IMG/VR virus record: IMGVR_UViG_3300025127_000035
Coordinates: 1-59,744 of that record
Strand: one strand, 5' to 3'
DNA from: a virus
Taxonomy: Duplodnaviria > Caudoviricetes
DNA: 59,744 bases
The first letter of the stretch is position 1, and each line of letters opens with the position of its first letter. This document shows positions 19,600 to 29,741 of this stretch, in pieces. The position numbers and the translations under genes are program-made. The notes beneath the pieces are model-generated. The model was not told the DNA's origin. It worked only from the letters and a program-made list of their open reading frames with translations, and made no database searches.

Positions 19600-20354
19600 T
19601 GTCAGTAATGAAAGAAAATTTTTTAAAAAATGCACACGACACAACATTTGGCCCAACAGGGTTATATAACTTTGTTAAAGATAGTGAACTTGTTGACTCT
19701 TCCGGTAACGGTTCAGCAAAAAACTTAACACAAGACGATGCTCCGACTGATGATGTAGATTTTATCCCCGGACAAGCAGAAGGTTTGTCTCATTTTTCTT
19801 ATTATCGAAATAGCAATACTGATTTTAAGTATACGGGAGCAATGTCTTTTTGTTGTCTATTTTATACCCCTCAAGCGGCATCAGATGCCACCACACCACA
19901 GCATTATTTTTGCAAGTTCGATGGTGAGAGTGCAGTAGGAGCGGCTTTATATGGGCTTCAAATTACACCAACTGGTGCGGGTTATTCGGGAGTGCCCGAA
20001 ATTCGTTATTTTCATGAATCGGAAGCAGGCACTGCTTTCGGATTAGCTACAGGTAAATTAATACCGACGAATCATGAATGGCATCATGTGGCTTTTACCA
20101 GAGATTCAAATGGTACGGGTGTAAAAATATATCTTGACGGTGCAGAAGTTGCCTCTGGAACAGCCGGATTCGCACCGGGATCGGCTGTAATGCAAAATTC
20201 TGGCTATTTTATGTTGGGTAATATATATAATTTTCCCAATGTTCAAAATACAATTTATGTCCAATCATCTTGTGCGATCTACGACAAAGAACTCACAGCA
20301 AATCAAATAAAGTATCTTGCGAGAAAAACGCTTGGATACGATAAAGTAAGATAA
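19599..20354 (+). CDS. LamG/concanavalin A-like lectin-fold protein
   Basis: WHHVAFTRD..KIYLDG and AIYDKELTANQI. Confidence 0.75.
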   Translation: MSVMKENFLKNAHDTTFGPTGLYNFVKDSELVDSSGNGSAKNLTQDDAPTDDVDFIPGQAEGLSHFSYYRNSNTDFKYTGAMSFCCLFYTPQAASDATTPQHYFCKFDGESAVGAALYGLQITPTGAGYSGVPEIRYFHESEAGTAFGLATGKLIPTNHEWHHVAFTRDSNGTGVKIYLDGAEVASGTAGFAPGSAVMQNSGYFMLGNIYNFPNVQNTIYVQSSCAIYDKELTANQIKYLARKTLGYDKVR

Positions 20355-20370
20355 ACAAAGGAGAAAAGTT

Positions 20371-21189
20371 ATGGGCGTAATGAAAGAAAATCTTTTTACC
20401 AATCCACATGATACGACATTTAGTCCCACAGGGTTATATAATTTTGTAAGTGGAAACATAGGTGCTGACTCGTCAGGAAACGATCCAGCAAAAAATCTAA
20501 CAGAGGCAGAATTAGATTCTGGTGACCCTACCGATGATATAGATTTTATTGGTGGAAGTGCAGAGGGTTTATCACACTTTACTCTTTACAGAAATGATAG
20601 TTCTGATTTTAATTATACAGGGTCTATGACTTATTGTTGTCTTATGTATACAACAGCCTCTATTGCAGACAGTCCAAATGCACATGCTGTTTTGGGTATT
20701 TGTCGCGGTGGTGCAAACGGTAATAGTTTTAGTGAAGCAAATGACCAAAGATGGGCCTTGCAGCTTAACAATCAAGGGCACATTCGTTATGCCCATATAC
20801 ACAATATGGATCAAGGATCTGGCAATCACACTTTACATCTTGCGACCTCAGATAAAAAGGTAAGAGAACATCATACTTGGAATCATGTTGCTTTTACTAG
20901 AGATTCACTTGGTACTTTAGTAAAAATTTATTTTAATGGAGAAGAGTTGACCTTGAATCTTCAAAAATATGTTGGCGGTGCGTATCATAGCCTCACTGGT
21001 TCTAGGCTTGAACATGCCCCAGAAACCACAGGCACGGCATATTTTGCTGTTGGAGATATTTATAATTATCGTAGAAGCCTTACCAATACGGTTTCTATTG
21101 CATCCTGTGCTATTTATGATCAAGAACTAACAGCAAACCAAATCAAATATCTTGCGAAAAAAACACTGGGTTATCGAAGAGTAAAATAA
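20371..21189 (+). CDS. LamG/concanavalin A-like protein, paralogue of 19599
   Basis: WNHVAFTRD..KIYFNG and AIYDQELTANQI; near-identical termini to 19599. Confidence 0.75.
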   Translation: MGVMKENLFTNPHDTTFSPTGLYNFVSGNIGADSSGNDPAKNLTEAELDSGDPTDDIDFIGGSAEGLSHFTLYRNDSSDFNYTGSMTYCCLMYTTASIADSPNAHAVLGICRGGANGNSFSEANDQRWALQLNNQGHIRYAHIHNMDQGSGNHTLHLATSDKKVREHHTWNHVAFTRDSLGTLVKIYFNGEELTLNLQKYVGGAYHSLTGSRLEHAPETTGTAYFAVGDIYNYRRSLTNTVSIASCAIYDQELTANQIKYLAKKTLGYRRVK

Positions 21190-21758
21190 TGTCATATAAA
21201 TATTCAAGCGGCTATCAAGTAATAGGCGATCTTTCTGGTTCAGATGACGCCAATAGGAATACTGGTATTGATTTTGAAGAAGATGCAATTTACTTAGTAA
21301 CAAACGGAAACGAAAGATTTAGAGTTTCTGGGTCTAATGGTGCTATTACATTTAATGGTGCTTACACATTTCCAGTTACCGATGGGCAGAATAATCAAGT
21401 TCTCCAAACAAACGGAAGTGGGCAACTATCTTTTGCTAATGCTTCCGGTGGAGGAGGCGGTGGTGGAAGCAGCTTAACCGTTGTTTCACCAAAGACAGGA
21501 AACTATACTGCTTCCAATAATGAAGTTGTACCTGTTAATCTTATTGGAGCATCAGGCGATGTTACAATCACTTTACCTGCTGCTTCCTCAAATGCCCAAG
21601 TGGTTGTAAAGATATCAGGAAATGCCGAAGGTAAAATAGTCACAGTTGATGGTAATGGTTCTCAAACAATTGATGGTTCCACCACAAGAACAATGGACTC
21701 GGATAATGAAAGTATGTTCTTAATCTCCGATGGGTCGAACTGGTTGAGAATATCTTAA
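21189..21758 (+). CDS. Fibre/decoration protein with the shared C-terminal domain
   Basis: QVLQTNGSGQLSF fibre motif; C-terminal domain closely matches that of 18988. Confidence 0.7.
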   Translation: MSYKYSSGYQVIGDLSGSDDANRNTGIDFEEDAIYLVTNGNERFRVSGSNGAITFNGAYTFPVTDGQNNQVLQTNGSGQLSFANASGGGGGGGSSLTVVSPKTGNYTASNNEVVPVNLIGASGDVTITLPAASSNAQVVVKISGNAEGKIVTVDGNGSQTIDGSTTRTMDSDNESMFLISDGSNWLRIS

Positions 21759-21813
21759 ACATCCGAGAACTATAAATAAATAAACTATTTAATCTTAAAT
21801 AAGAGGTTTTGTA

Positions 21814-23805
21814 ATGTCGTATAATATATTAAGCGGAAGTGTTAACTTTGAAGGAGCCGGTCAGGGCTCAATAGAGGACATTGTTGATAAACATTCTGTT
21901 CAGACAATAACTGGTCAAAAAACATTTTCTAATTTATCATCTTCAGCTGATGTAAGTGTTGTTGGTAATCTCAGTGCCTCTATTAATATATCTGCATCAG
22001 CTTTTTATGCAAATGGTGTTTTAGTAGATCCTGCTGGTGGAGGCGGCATATCATTTGATGGTAGTACCGCTAACGGTGTTTTAACATTTAAAGACTCTGA
22101 TGAAGCAACTGTTGAATCTAAATTAACTTTTAACGGTACTGTTTTAGATTTTACCGATACTTCAATTTCGGGTTCTGGTAATATTTCTGGATCTCAGTTC
22201 TATGGCTCTTGGGCCGGTTCAAATATTCTTGGATCACAGGTTCAAAAAGCATCTGCTGGCGGTATAGGAGACAGTGGCGGCTTAACATTAACGACCACTG
22301 GACTTGCATCGCAAGCCACACCTGCTGGCACTGTAAGTCTTTTTGTCGATGAATCGGGCACAATTAAAAAATCTACCATAGCACAAATACTAACCAATCA
22401 ATCAATAACAGATGCATCTGCTCTTGGGAACACTGGTAGAGTTTTGCTTGACGGTGGTGTTGGAACAATTTCATCAAATGGTGATTTATCGTTGACCACA
22501 TCTCCTACAAGATTGACAGTTAATGGAGAAATAAGTGCATCAAGCAATGTAAATGTCGGAGGAATATTAAGGGCAGATAGTCATATTAGTGCCTCAGAGA
22601 TAACAGTGGCCAACAATATCAGACACGAAGGAGATGAAGATACATATATTTCTTTTGCCAATAATAGTATAAATCTTATCTTGGCTAATGGTGCCCATGT
22701 AATGTTGAACGGAAATACCGACCAAACAACAGTTACAAATTCAGATTTTAGAGTGAATGCAGTCCGTCCAGATTTAAGAATTATAAATTCAACAGGTCAT
22801 GTTGGCGTTGGTACAGAAATACCAACAGTGCCTCTTGAAGTTTCATCTTCTACATTAGCCCAACTTAAATTGACAAACACAACCGCTAAGGCTGCTGAAT
22901 TTACTGTTGCCGCGAATGGTGATTTAACAATTACCCCAACAGGCTCTACAACAATTGCATCTTCGCTTACTGTCAATGGTAACGCATCATTTGGTTCCGA
23001 CTCTGCTGCCACTTTCACGTTGCTTGGGTCATCTGTGACCTGCAACAATGGTCTTAATTTTGATTCCAATACGTTTTTTATTAGTGCTTCTAACGATAGG
23101 GTTGGTGTTGGAACAAATACCCCTATTGCCAAATTAGATGTTAGTGGTGCAATTGCTATTACTGCTGAATCGGTAACACCAAATCAACCGCTCGATGGAC
23201 AAGGGTTTATTTATTCAAAAAATGATGGCAATTTATATTGGAGGTCATTTGACAAAGCAGAAACAAGCTTAACAACATCTGGCACAACAACTATTAAAAC
23301 TGCTTTTCTTTCATCGGCTCCAACATTTTCTGGTGGAGATACAAATGAATTCTTTATTAAGTGGTCTGACGGCACAACAGTTAGCCAACCTGATTTGAGA
23401 TCAAATAATCAATATTTTCTTTTTACGGGTGGGGGTTTCTTATCAAAAGTTACCGCATTTGGGTCCAGCACCACGGACACATCAGATTCCAACCCTTTCA
23501 CAAATGATTTAAGAGTCAAAGTGTATGTGTGGGATGCAAACGATACAAGCGATTTGGCCGAATCAGGTGGGTTTGCAAGCGGATATGTCCCAGTTGCTTC
23601 GGTATCTGGTTCTGCTACTGATATAAAAACAACTGATTCCGGTGGAACGAACAAATACCACAGAGCAGCATATAGTATAAATGTAAATCATCAGATCTCT
23701 GCAAGTGTTGGTATAGCGGTTTCTGTCCAAGGTGTAGATGCTGGTAATAACAACAGTAAAGGATTTAATGCTTTGAATCTTTCGTTTCACTTTACAGACA
23801 TTTAG
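21814..23805 (+). CDS. Long fibre-like virion protein
   Basis: VGVGT..P...L.VS beta repeats; N-terminus MSYNILSGSV resembles 15340. Confidence 0.7.
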   Translation: MSYNILSGSVNFEGAGQGSIEDIVDKHSVQTITGQKTFSNLSSSADVSVVGNLSASINISASAFYANGVLVDPAGGGGISFDGSTANGVLTFKDSDEATVESKLTFNGTVLDFTDTSISGSGNISGSQFYGSWAGSNILGSQVQKASAGGIGDSGGLTLTTTGLASQATPAGTVSLFVDESGTIKKSTIAQILTNQSITDASALGNTGRVLLDGGVGTISSNGDLSLTTSPTRLTVNGEISASSNVNVGGILRADSHISASEITVANNIRHEGDEDTYISFANNSINLILANGAHVMLNGNTDQTTVTNSDFRVNAVRPDLRIINSTGHVGVGTEIPTVPLEVSSSTLAQLKLTNTTAKAAEFTVAANGDLTITPTGSTTIASSLTVNGNASFGSDSAATFTLLGSSVTCNNGLNFDSNTFFISASNDRVGVGTNTPIAKLDVSGAIAITAESVTPNQPLDGQGFIYSKNDGNLYWRSFDKAETSLTTSGTTTIKTAFLSSAPTFSGGDTNEFFIKWSDGTTVSQPDLRSNNQYFLFTGGGFLSKVTAFGSSTTDTSDSNPFTNDLRVKVYVWDANDTSDLAESGGFASGYVPVASVSGSATDIKTTDSGGTNKYHRAAYSINVNHQISASVGIAVSVQGVDAGNNNSKGFNALNLSFHFTDI

Positions 23806-23905
23806 ACCAAAAACAAACTCAATCACTGTTATACTTTGTATATTGGACTTTTCTTCTTTAAAACACTATTTATTCTTGTTAATAGTATCTTAGGAGTTTA
23901 TTTTA

Positions 23906-24937
23906 ATGTCTTCAATGTTAGAGCAAGCAATTGTGGATGCCGCAGCCCTTCGCGAAGCAGCCCTTAAAAACGCAGAACAATCAGTTATTGAGAAGTATGC
24001 ACCAGAAATTAAAGCAGCAGTTAATTCGCTGTTAGAGAACGATAACGTAATAACGGAACAAGAAATGGGCATGGAAGCAGCCCCTGCATCCGCTATTGAA
24101 GCACCATTTGCAGTTGCTGATCAATCACCCGGACAAGAAGTTGAAATGGGAATTGAGTTTACTTTTGATGCAAAAGACTTCCTTGATCTTGGGGATCTAA
24201 AACAACAAGCAGCCCAAGAAGAAGACCAACAAGCCGTTGAGGCCGATCAGGAAACAACAGAAGATGTTATGGCTGATTTGGGTCTCGATGATGCTGCCGA
24301 AGAAGAACCAACAGAAGATGATGACACTGCTGCAATTCAAGAGATACTAGATATGTTGTCTGAAGATGCAGACGAACAGGTCTTAGAAGAAGAGTTGGTT
24401 GTTGATATGGGTCATGTAAAAGATGGAACTTTCCAAACAAACGCTGGCCGTTTAAAATATGAAGAAGAAATGGAATTGGCCAAGACTGAATCAACTAAAT
24501 ACAAAGAAGAAAACGAAGCTCTTGAAAAGAAAATAGAAGATATGAAAGAATCTATTGAATCTTACAAGACAAAAAATAAAGAATTATACTCTGCTGTAAA
24601 GCAGTTAAATAATAAGTTAGAAGAGTCAATGTTATCAAACGCAAAATTGATTTATTCTAACAGAATATTAGGCGATGCCTCCTTGAATGAGCGACAAAAA
24701 GATAAAATTGTTGAAGCCATCGCTAACGCAAAAACCAAAGATGAAGCAAAGGCACTTTGTGAAACTCTTAAAGCTACAGTGGGAACCACTAAAAATGATG
24801 GTCCAAAATCACTTAGCGAGTCTGTTAACAGAAAGTCTAATTTATCTAATATTTTGCAAAGATCAAAAAGAAATATCAACGAGACACAAGAACATTCCTT
24901 CTCTGAAAGAATGAGAAAACTCGCTGGTCTTTCTTAG
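23906..24937 (+). CDS. Prohead scaffold/core protein (gp22-like)
   Basis: Acidic coiled coil immediately upstream of the major capsid gene; many (I/L)xE sites; ends RMRKLAGL. Confidence 0.8.
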   Translation: MSSMLEQAIVDAAALREAALKNAEQSVIEKYAPEIKAAVNSLLENDNVITEQEMGMEAAPASAIEAPFAVADQSPGQEVEMGIEFTFDAKDFLDLGDLKQQAAQEEDQQAVEADQETTEDVMADLGLDDAAEEEPTEDDDTAAIQEILDMLSEDADEQVLEEELVVDMGHVKDGTFQTNAGRLKYEEEMELAKTESTKYKEENEALEKKIEDMKESIESYKTKNKELYSAVKQLNNKLEESMLSNAKLIYSNRILGDASLNERQKDKIVEAIANAKTKDEAKALCETLKATVGTTKNDGPKSLSESVNRKSNLSNILQRSKRNINETQEHSFSERMRKLAGLS

Positions 24938-24958
24938 ACATTATAAGGAGGTTATAAA

Positions 24959-26848
24959 ATGTCTATTCTAGAAACACTTACAGAAGGCATTGTAAACCGT
25001 GATATGGCCAAAGAAGGGGAAGCTCTTCTTAACAAGTGGTCACAAACAGGTTTACTTGAAGGTCTTCAAACTGAAAGAGATAAGCACTCAATGGCTCGTC
25101 TCTTAGAAAACCAAGCAAAAGAACTTCTTCGTGAAAGTTCTACAATGGGTGCTGGCGATGTTCAAGGTTTCGCTGCTGTTGCATTCCCAATCGTTCGTCG
25201 TGTATTCGCTGGACTTATTGCTAACGACCTTGTTAGCGTTCAACCAATGAGTTTGCCATCTGGCCTCATTTTCTTCCTTGATTTCGTTCACTCGCCAAAT
25301 GCTGGTGGCGGAAACGGTGTATTCCCTCGTATGGGTAATGCATCTGATAAATCAATCTATGGTACAAACCAAGTTGGCTCCGAAGTCATTAATGGTGTTG
25401 ACCTTATCGATGCTGCTACCAAAGGCGGCTTTGGTGGTCCACTTCGTGATGGTGCTGTCGGTTATGCGTATGGATCTCCAAGCGGATCTAACGTTGATAC
25501 TGTTGCCAACGACACCAGTAATGCTGTTTTGAGAACATTCATGCTCAATGGTGCTGTTGCAGAGTCCGACAAGAAGCTTATTCAGTATGATCCTGATTTG
25601 CTTTCACAGACAGATGGGACTCGCGGTGTTCTTGCATTGGACGTAGCAAAAGCAGACTTGGAATCTATTTCTGGTGCTGCTGATGCTGATTTTAACAATG
25701 TCACACCATTTCAGATCGATCCTCTTACTGTTGATGCTAGTACATCAGCCCCAGCAAAGGCTTTTGTTGATGCACTTGTTAATCATAGCGGTATCACCAG
25801 TGGTACTTTAGCAGCCGCAGATTTGACACAAATTCGTCGTCTTACAAAGGCTCTTAAAAACGCAGACAGCCAATTGGCTAATGATGGTGGCGATGCTGTA
25901 CGCTTTATTATATCTGGTCCATCTGCTATCGTTGGAGCTTCTGCTGCCACTGCCGTTGGTACAACTCTTCCAATCGGATCTTTCAGCTTCCCAATTATTG
26001 ACAAGTTGAATGCTGGCTCTACTCTCGGTTCTATCGGATCCGCTAGTGACAACTATTCACTTGAAGGAAACCCTGATATCCCTGAGATCGACATCAAGGT
26101 TGACAGTACAGCTATTACAGCACAAACCAAGAAGTTGAAGGCCAAGTGGTCACCAGAATTGGGTCAAGACTTGAATGCATACCATAACTTGGATGCTGAA
26201 GTTGAATTGACTTCTATTCTTTCAGAGCAAGTTGCTTTGGAAATTGATCGCGAAATCCTTGCTGACCTTGTTAATGGCGCAACCGCTGCCACTTATTACT
26301 GGTCACGCTCACCGGGCCTCTTCGTTAATCGTGAGACCGGTGCTGAATTGGGTGCAACTTCTGCTGCTCCTGACTTCACAGGTACTGTTAGCGAATGGTA
26401 CGAGACTTTGATTGAAACCATCAATGATGTTTCTGCTCAAATTCATCGTAAGACACTTCGTGGCGGAGCTAACTATGTTGTTTGCTCACCAGAAGTTGCT
26501 AACATTCTTGAGTTCACCTCTGGCTTCCGTGCCAACGTCACTGCTGATGCAGACAAAGGCGTTATCGGTGCTCAAAACGTTGGTTCATTGAGCCGCAAGT
26601 TTGACGTTATCGTTGATCCTTATTTCCCACGTCAAGTCATTCTTGTTGGACGTAAGGGTAACTCATTCCTCGAAAGTGGATATGTGTATGCTCCTTATGT
26701 ACCACTCCAAGTAACACCTACTATCTTCGGTGTCGAGGACTTCGTTCCTCGTAAGGGGGTCATGACCCGCTACGCCAAGAAGATGGTCCGTCCAGATATG
26801 TATGGATTGGTTATTTGTCGTGGCTTGCTTGGCGAGTCCGGTTCCTAG
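24959..26848 (+). CDS. Major capsid protein (T4 gp23-like)
   Basis: LLENQ, VQPMSLPSGLIF, KLKAKWSPELGQDLNAYH, YAPYVPL, GVMTRY. Confidence 0.97.
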   Translation: MSILETLTEGIVNRDMAKEGEALLNKWSQTGLLEGLQTERDKHSMARLLENQAKELLRESSTMGAGDVQGFAAVAFPIVRRVFAGLIANDLVSVQPMSLPSGLIFFLDFVHSPNAGGGNGVFPRMGNASDKSIYGTNQVGSEVINGVDLIDAATKGGFGGPLRDGAVGYAYGSPSGSNVDTVANDTSNAVLRTFMLNGAVAESDKKLIQYDPDLLSQTDGTRGVLALDVAKADLESISGAADADFNNVTPFQIDPLTVDASTSAPAKAFVDALVNHSGITSGTLAAADLTQIRRLTKALKNADSQLANDGGDAVRFIISGPSAIVGASAATAVGTTLPIGSFSFPIIDKLNAGSTLGSIGSASDNYSLEGNPDIPEIDIKVDSTAITAQTKKLKAKWSPELGQDLNAYHNLDAEVELTSILSEQVALEIDREILADLVNGATAATYYWSRSPGLFVNRETGAELGATSAAPDFTGTVSEWYETLIETINDVSAQIHRKTLRGGANYVVCSPEVANILEFTSGFRANVTADADKGVIGAQNVGSLSRKFDVIVDPYFPRQVILVGRKGNSFLESGYVYAPYVPLQVTPTIFGVEDFVPRKGVMTRYAKKMVRPDMYGLVICRGLLGESGS

Positions 26849-26871
26849 AAATTAATTTAGGAATTATAAGA

Positions 26872-26908
26872 GCCCTCGATGATTTATTCATCGGGGGTTT
26901 TCTTTTTT
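26872..26908 (+). terminator. Intrinsic terminator after the major capsid gene
   Basis: CCCTCGATGA-TTTAT-TCATCGGGGG followed by a T tract. Confidence 0.85.
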
Positions 26909-26966
26909 AAACTACTATTTATTATTGATTGTGAACACCACAAATACATTTTAGGAGATATAAGAT

Positions 26967-27452
26967 ATGTCAAGAGTTGCAAGAAGTGCAAGAGTCGCAA
27001 GCCGCCAACGGCCAGAGATCATCACAACGGATAAAACTATTCAAGCCGCAGAAACTGGTGAACTTTACCTCATTAATCACAATGCTGGATCGACAATCAC
27101 TCTTACGTTGCCACCTGTTCAAGACGGAGCTTACTTTAGATTTCAATTTATGACTGCAATGAATGCGGTTGATGCTAAGGTTAATATTGTAACAGCAAAT
27201 GGTGCTGGAACTATAAAAGGTACAGTATTAAATTTCATATATCAAGCCTCTAGCGTAGATGCTGATGTCGCCACTAATAAAGACAATACCTCTTTGCTTC
27301 TTTGTTATAGTGGAAGTCTTACTGGACAGCCAGCCAATACAATTCATGTTGGAACATATTTAGACCTTCATTGCGATGGCACAAACTGGCAAGCTTCTGG
27401 GAAAACTATTGCTTCACATCTTTCTGCTTCCGTATTCCACATTGGTGCGTAA
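26967..27452 (+). CDS. Putative capsid decoration protein, tandem paralogue 1
   Basis: MSRVARSARVASRQR; TLTLPPVQDGAYFRFQF; CDGTNW, a distant form of the shared domain. Confidence 0.65.
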   Translation: MSRVARSARVASRQRPEIITTDKTIQAAETGELYLINHNAGSTITLTLPPVQDGAYFRFQFMTAMNAVDAKVNIVTANGAGTIKGTVLNFIYQASSVDADVATNKDNTSLLLCYSGSLTGQPANTIHVGTYLDLHCDGTNWQASGKTIASHLSASVFHIGA

Positions 27453-27568
27453 TGCAGATAATAAAAAGCCCTAGTTTTTTTCTTTTTTCATTCGAAAACA
27501 CTACTTACAAAGGACAAGGCAGAACAAGCCCACACACATTTTATTGATATTTTTAAGGAGAACACATT

Positions 27569-28021
27569 ATGTCAAGAGTTGCAAGAAGCGCAAGAGTCGC
27601 AAGCCGACAAAGAGCAGAAATTATTACAGGTGCTAAAACTATTCAAGCCGCAGAAACTGGTGAACTTTTCTTTTTTAATTATAATGCCGGTGCCGCAATT
27701 GAAGTAACTCTTCCTCCTGTTCAAGAGGGAGCATATTTTAGGTTTCAATTCATGGCTCAAATGAGCGACAACGACGCACAGATTGATATTGTAGCCTCTG
27801 GAAGTGATACAATTAAAGGCACTCTTGTGAATCTTATTTACGCTGGTTCTTCAGTTAATACCTCAATTGGAACCAATAAAGACGATGGAACTGATACAAA
27901 GGTTAGACTTACTGACGATATCCATGTGGGATCATATGTTGAACTTTATTGCGATGGTACAAACTGGCAAGCTACTGGTGTCATTATCGGCAGTGGTCGT
28001 GATGTTGGTGTCTTCGCCTAA
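27569..28021 (+). CDS. Putative capsid decoration protein, tandem paralogue 2
   Basis: Identical N-terminus and near-identical 5' DNA to 26967. Confidence 0.65.
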   Translation: MSRVARSARVASRQRAEIITGAKTIQAAETGELFFFNYNAGAAIEVTLPPVQEGAYFRFQFMAQMSDNDAQIDIVASGSDTIKGTLVNLIYAGSSVNTSIGTNKDDGTDTKVRLTDDIHVGSYVELYCDGTNWQATGVIIGSGRDVGVFA

Positions 28022-28048
28022 TAGGAACTATTTTCACTTATTAAGACT

Positions 28049-28071
28049 AAGCTCACTTCGGTGGGCTTTTT
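28049..28071 (+). terminator. Intrinsic terminator
   Basis: AAGCTCAC-TTCG-GTGGGCTT followed by TTT. Confidence 0.8.
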
Positions 28072-28110
28072 CTATTTGAGACTAATTATTTTATATTTAA
28101 GGAGAATATT

Positions 28111-28434
28111 ATGGGTAGAAGATCCAAAAGAAAAAAGTTAATTCTTAGAAAATTAAATGCTGGACAAGAAGTCCCAGATCAAGAGCTTATTAGAAACGGC
28201 CTTGGTAGAATCGTAGAAGAAAACTCCATAAGAATTCAAAAATTAAAAGAAGCACAAGAAGCAGAAGAAAGAGCAGCTAAACTTAAAGCTGAAGCAGAAG
28301 CTGCTGAACTCAGAGCAAAAGAAGAAGCTGAACTAAAAGCAAAGAAAGAAGCCGAAGCAAAAGCAAAAAAAGAAACCCCAGCTAAAAAAACTCCCCGTAA
28401 AAGAGCACCAAAGAGAACTACAAAGAAGAGTTAG
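28111..28434 (+). CDS. Basic Lys/Ala-rich hypothetical protein
   Basis: AAGGAG RBS; EAEAKAKK repeats and a PAKKTPRKRAPK tail. Confidence 0.7.
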   Translation: MGRRSKRKKLILRKLNAGQEVPDQELIRNGLGRIVEENSIRIQKLKEAQEAEERAAKLKAEAEAAELRAKEEAELKAKKEAEAKAKKETPAKKTPRKRAPKRTTKKS

Positions 28435-28483
28435 AAGCTTTCCCATTCTGGAAACTATTTAATCTTGATTGGGGGATTTATGT

Positions 28484-29737
28484 ATGTCAATACCAACTTT
28501 AACACCGGCTTCAACTAAGAGCGCAATTGTATTACCAGAAACAGGCAGTACATCAAATGTTGTTGCTGGGCTTCCACTTGGGGTTTATTCTGGATCAGTT
28601 CAATTTATAACTGGCGCAGCCAAACAAGTTAATTTGACTTATAAAAAACTTGGTGGAGATGTCTTAGATATTGAGTTGACAGAGCAGAATGTATATGCAA
28701 ACTATGAAGAAGCCGTATTGGAATATTCTTATCTGGTAAATATACATCAATCTAAAAACACTCTAGGATCAATGCTAGGGGCCCAAACAGCGAGTTTCGA
28801 CCATAAAGGCGAGGCTACTAGTGGCCCGGAAGATATAGCACTTAAATACCCAAGATTCTCCTTTGAAGCGGCATTTCGTATCGCAGAGGCTTACTCTACG
28901 GAAGCAGTGGTTGGCGGAAGACAAACAATATACTCAGGTTCCATAACAACTGTATCTGATAAGCAAGATTATGACTTACAAAACATTGTATCTTCATCAG
29001 CAGCCACAGACACCAATGTACCATATTATGGAAAAGTTGGTAATAAGAGAATAAAAATTCATCAAGTATATTATGTAACACCTCGACAAATGTGGAGATT
29101 TTATGGCTATTATGGTGGATTAAATGTTGTCGGTGATTTTCACAATTATGGACAATATGCCGATGATTCAAACTTTCAAGTGATTCCCGTCTGGCAGAAT
29201 AAAATACAAGCCATACAATATGAGGATCATCTTTATACAAGAACATCCCACTATTCTTATGAAATCATTAATAATCAGCTAAGACTGTATCCAACACCAG
29301 ATGATGTTTCACCGGAGAAGTTTTGGTTTAGATTTTCTGTTGATGATGGTAATCAACCTTGGGAAGATGATTATGAGTCTGGACAAAACGGAATTAACAA
29401 CATGAACACGCTTCCGTTTGAGAACTTACCTTACGAAAACATTAACTCAATTGGTAAACAATGGATCCGTAGATTTGCTCTTGCTTTATCCAAGGAGACG
29501 TTAGGACAAATTAGAGGAAAATTTGGAGGCTCTATACCAATCCCCGGAGACAACATAAGTTTAAATGCCTCTGACTTGTTGTCTCAAGCCAAAGATGAAC
29601 AAAATGCCTTAAGGGAAGAGCTAAAAACTCAGTTGGATGAAATGACTTATCCAAAACTACTTGCTACTGACTCTGAGATGACGAATAATGCACAGAATGT
29701 TGTTGGGAAGACACCGTTAAAGATTTTTGTAGGGTAA
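28484..29737 (+). CDS. Neck/head-tail adaptor (gp13-like)
   Basis: LGGDVLDIEL N-terminal and ALALSKETLGQIRGKF..PG C-terminal motifs; position. Confidence 0.75.
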   Translation: MSIPTLTPASTKSAIVLPETGSTSNVVAGLPLGVYSGSVQFITGAAKQVNLTYKKLGGDVLDIELTEQNVYANYEEAVLEYSYLVNIHQSKNTLGSMLGAQTASFDHKGEATSGPEDIALKYPRFSFEAAFRIAEAYSTEAVVGGRQTIYSGSITTVSDKQDYDLQNIVSSSAATDTNVPYYGKVGNKRIKIHQVYYVTPRQMWRFYGYYGGLNVVGDFHNYGQYADDSNFQVIPVWQNKIQAIQYEDHLYTRTSHYSYEIINNQLRLYPTPDDVSPEKFWFRFSVDDGNQPWEDDYESGQNGINNMNTLPFENLPYENINSIGKQWIRRFALALSKETLGQIRGKFGGSIPIPGDNISLNASDLLSQAKDEQNALREELKTQLDEMTYPKLLATDSEMTNNAQNVVGKTPLKIFVG

Positions 29738-29741
29738 TTAA

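Noticed and set aside
18988-28021. Diversity-generating retroelement TR/VR pairs among the paralogous fibre genes
   Set aside because: Both copies are coding, differences are not adenine-specific, and no reverse transcriptase is present.
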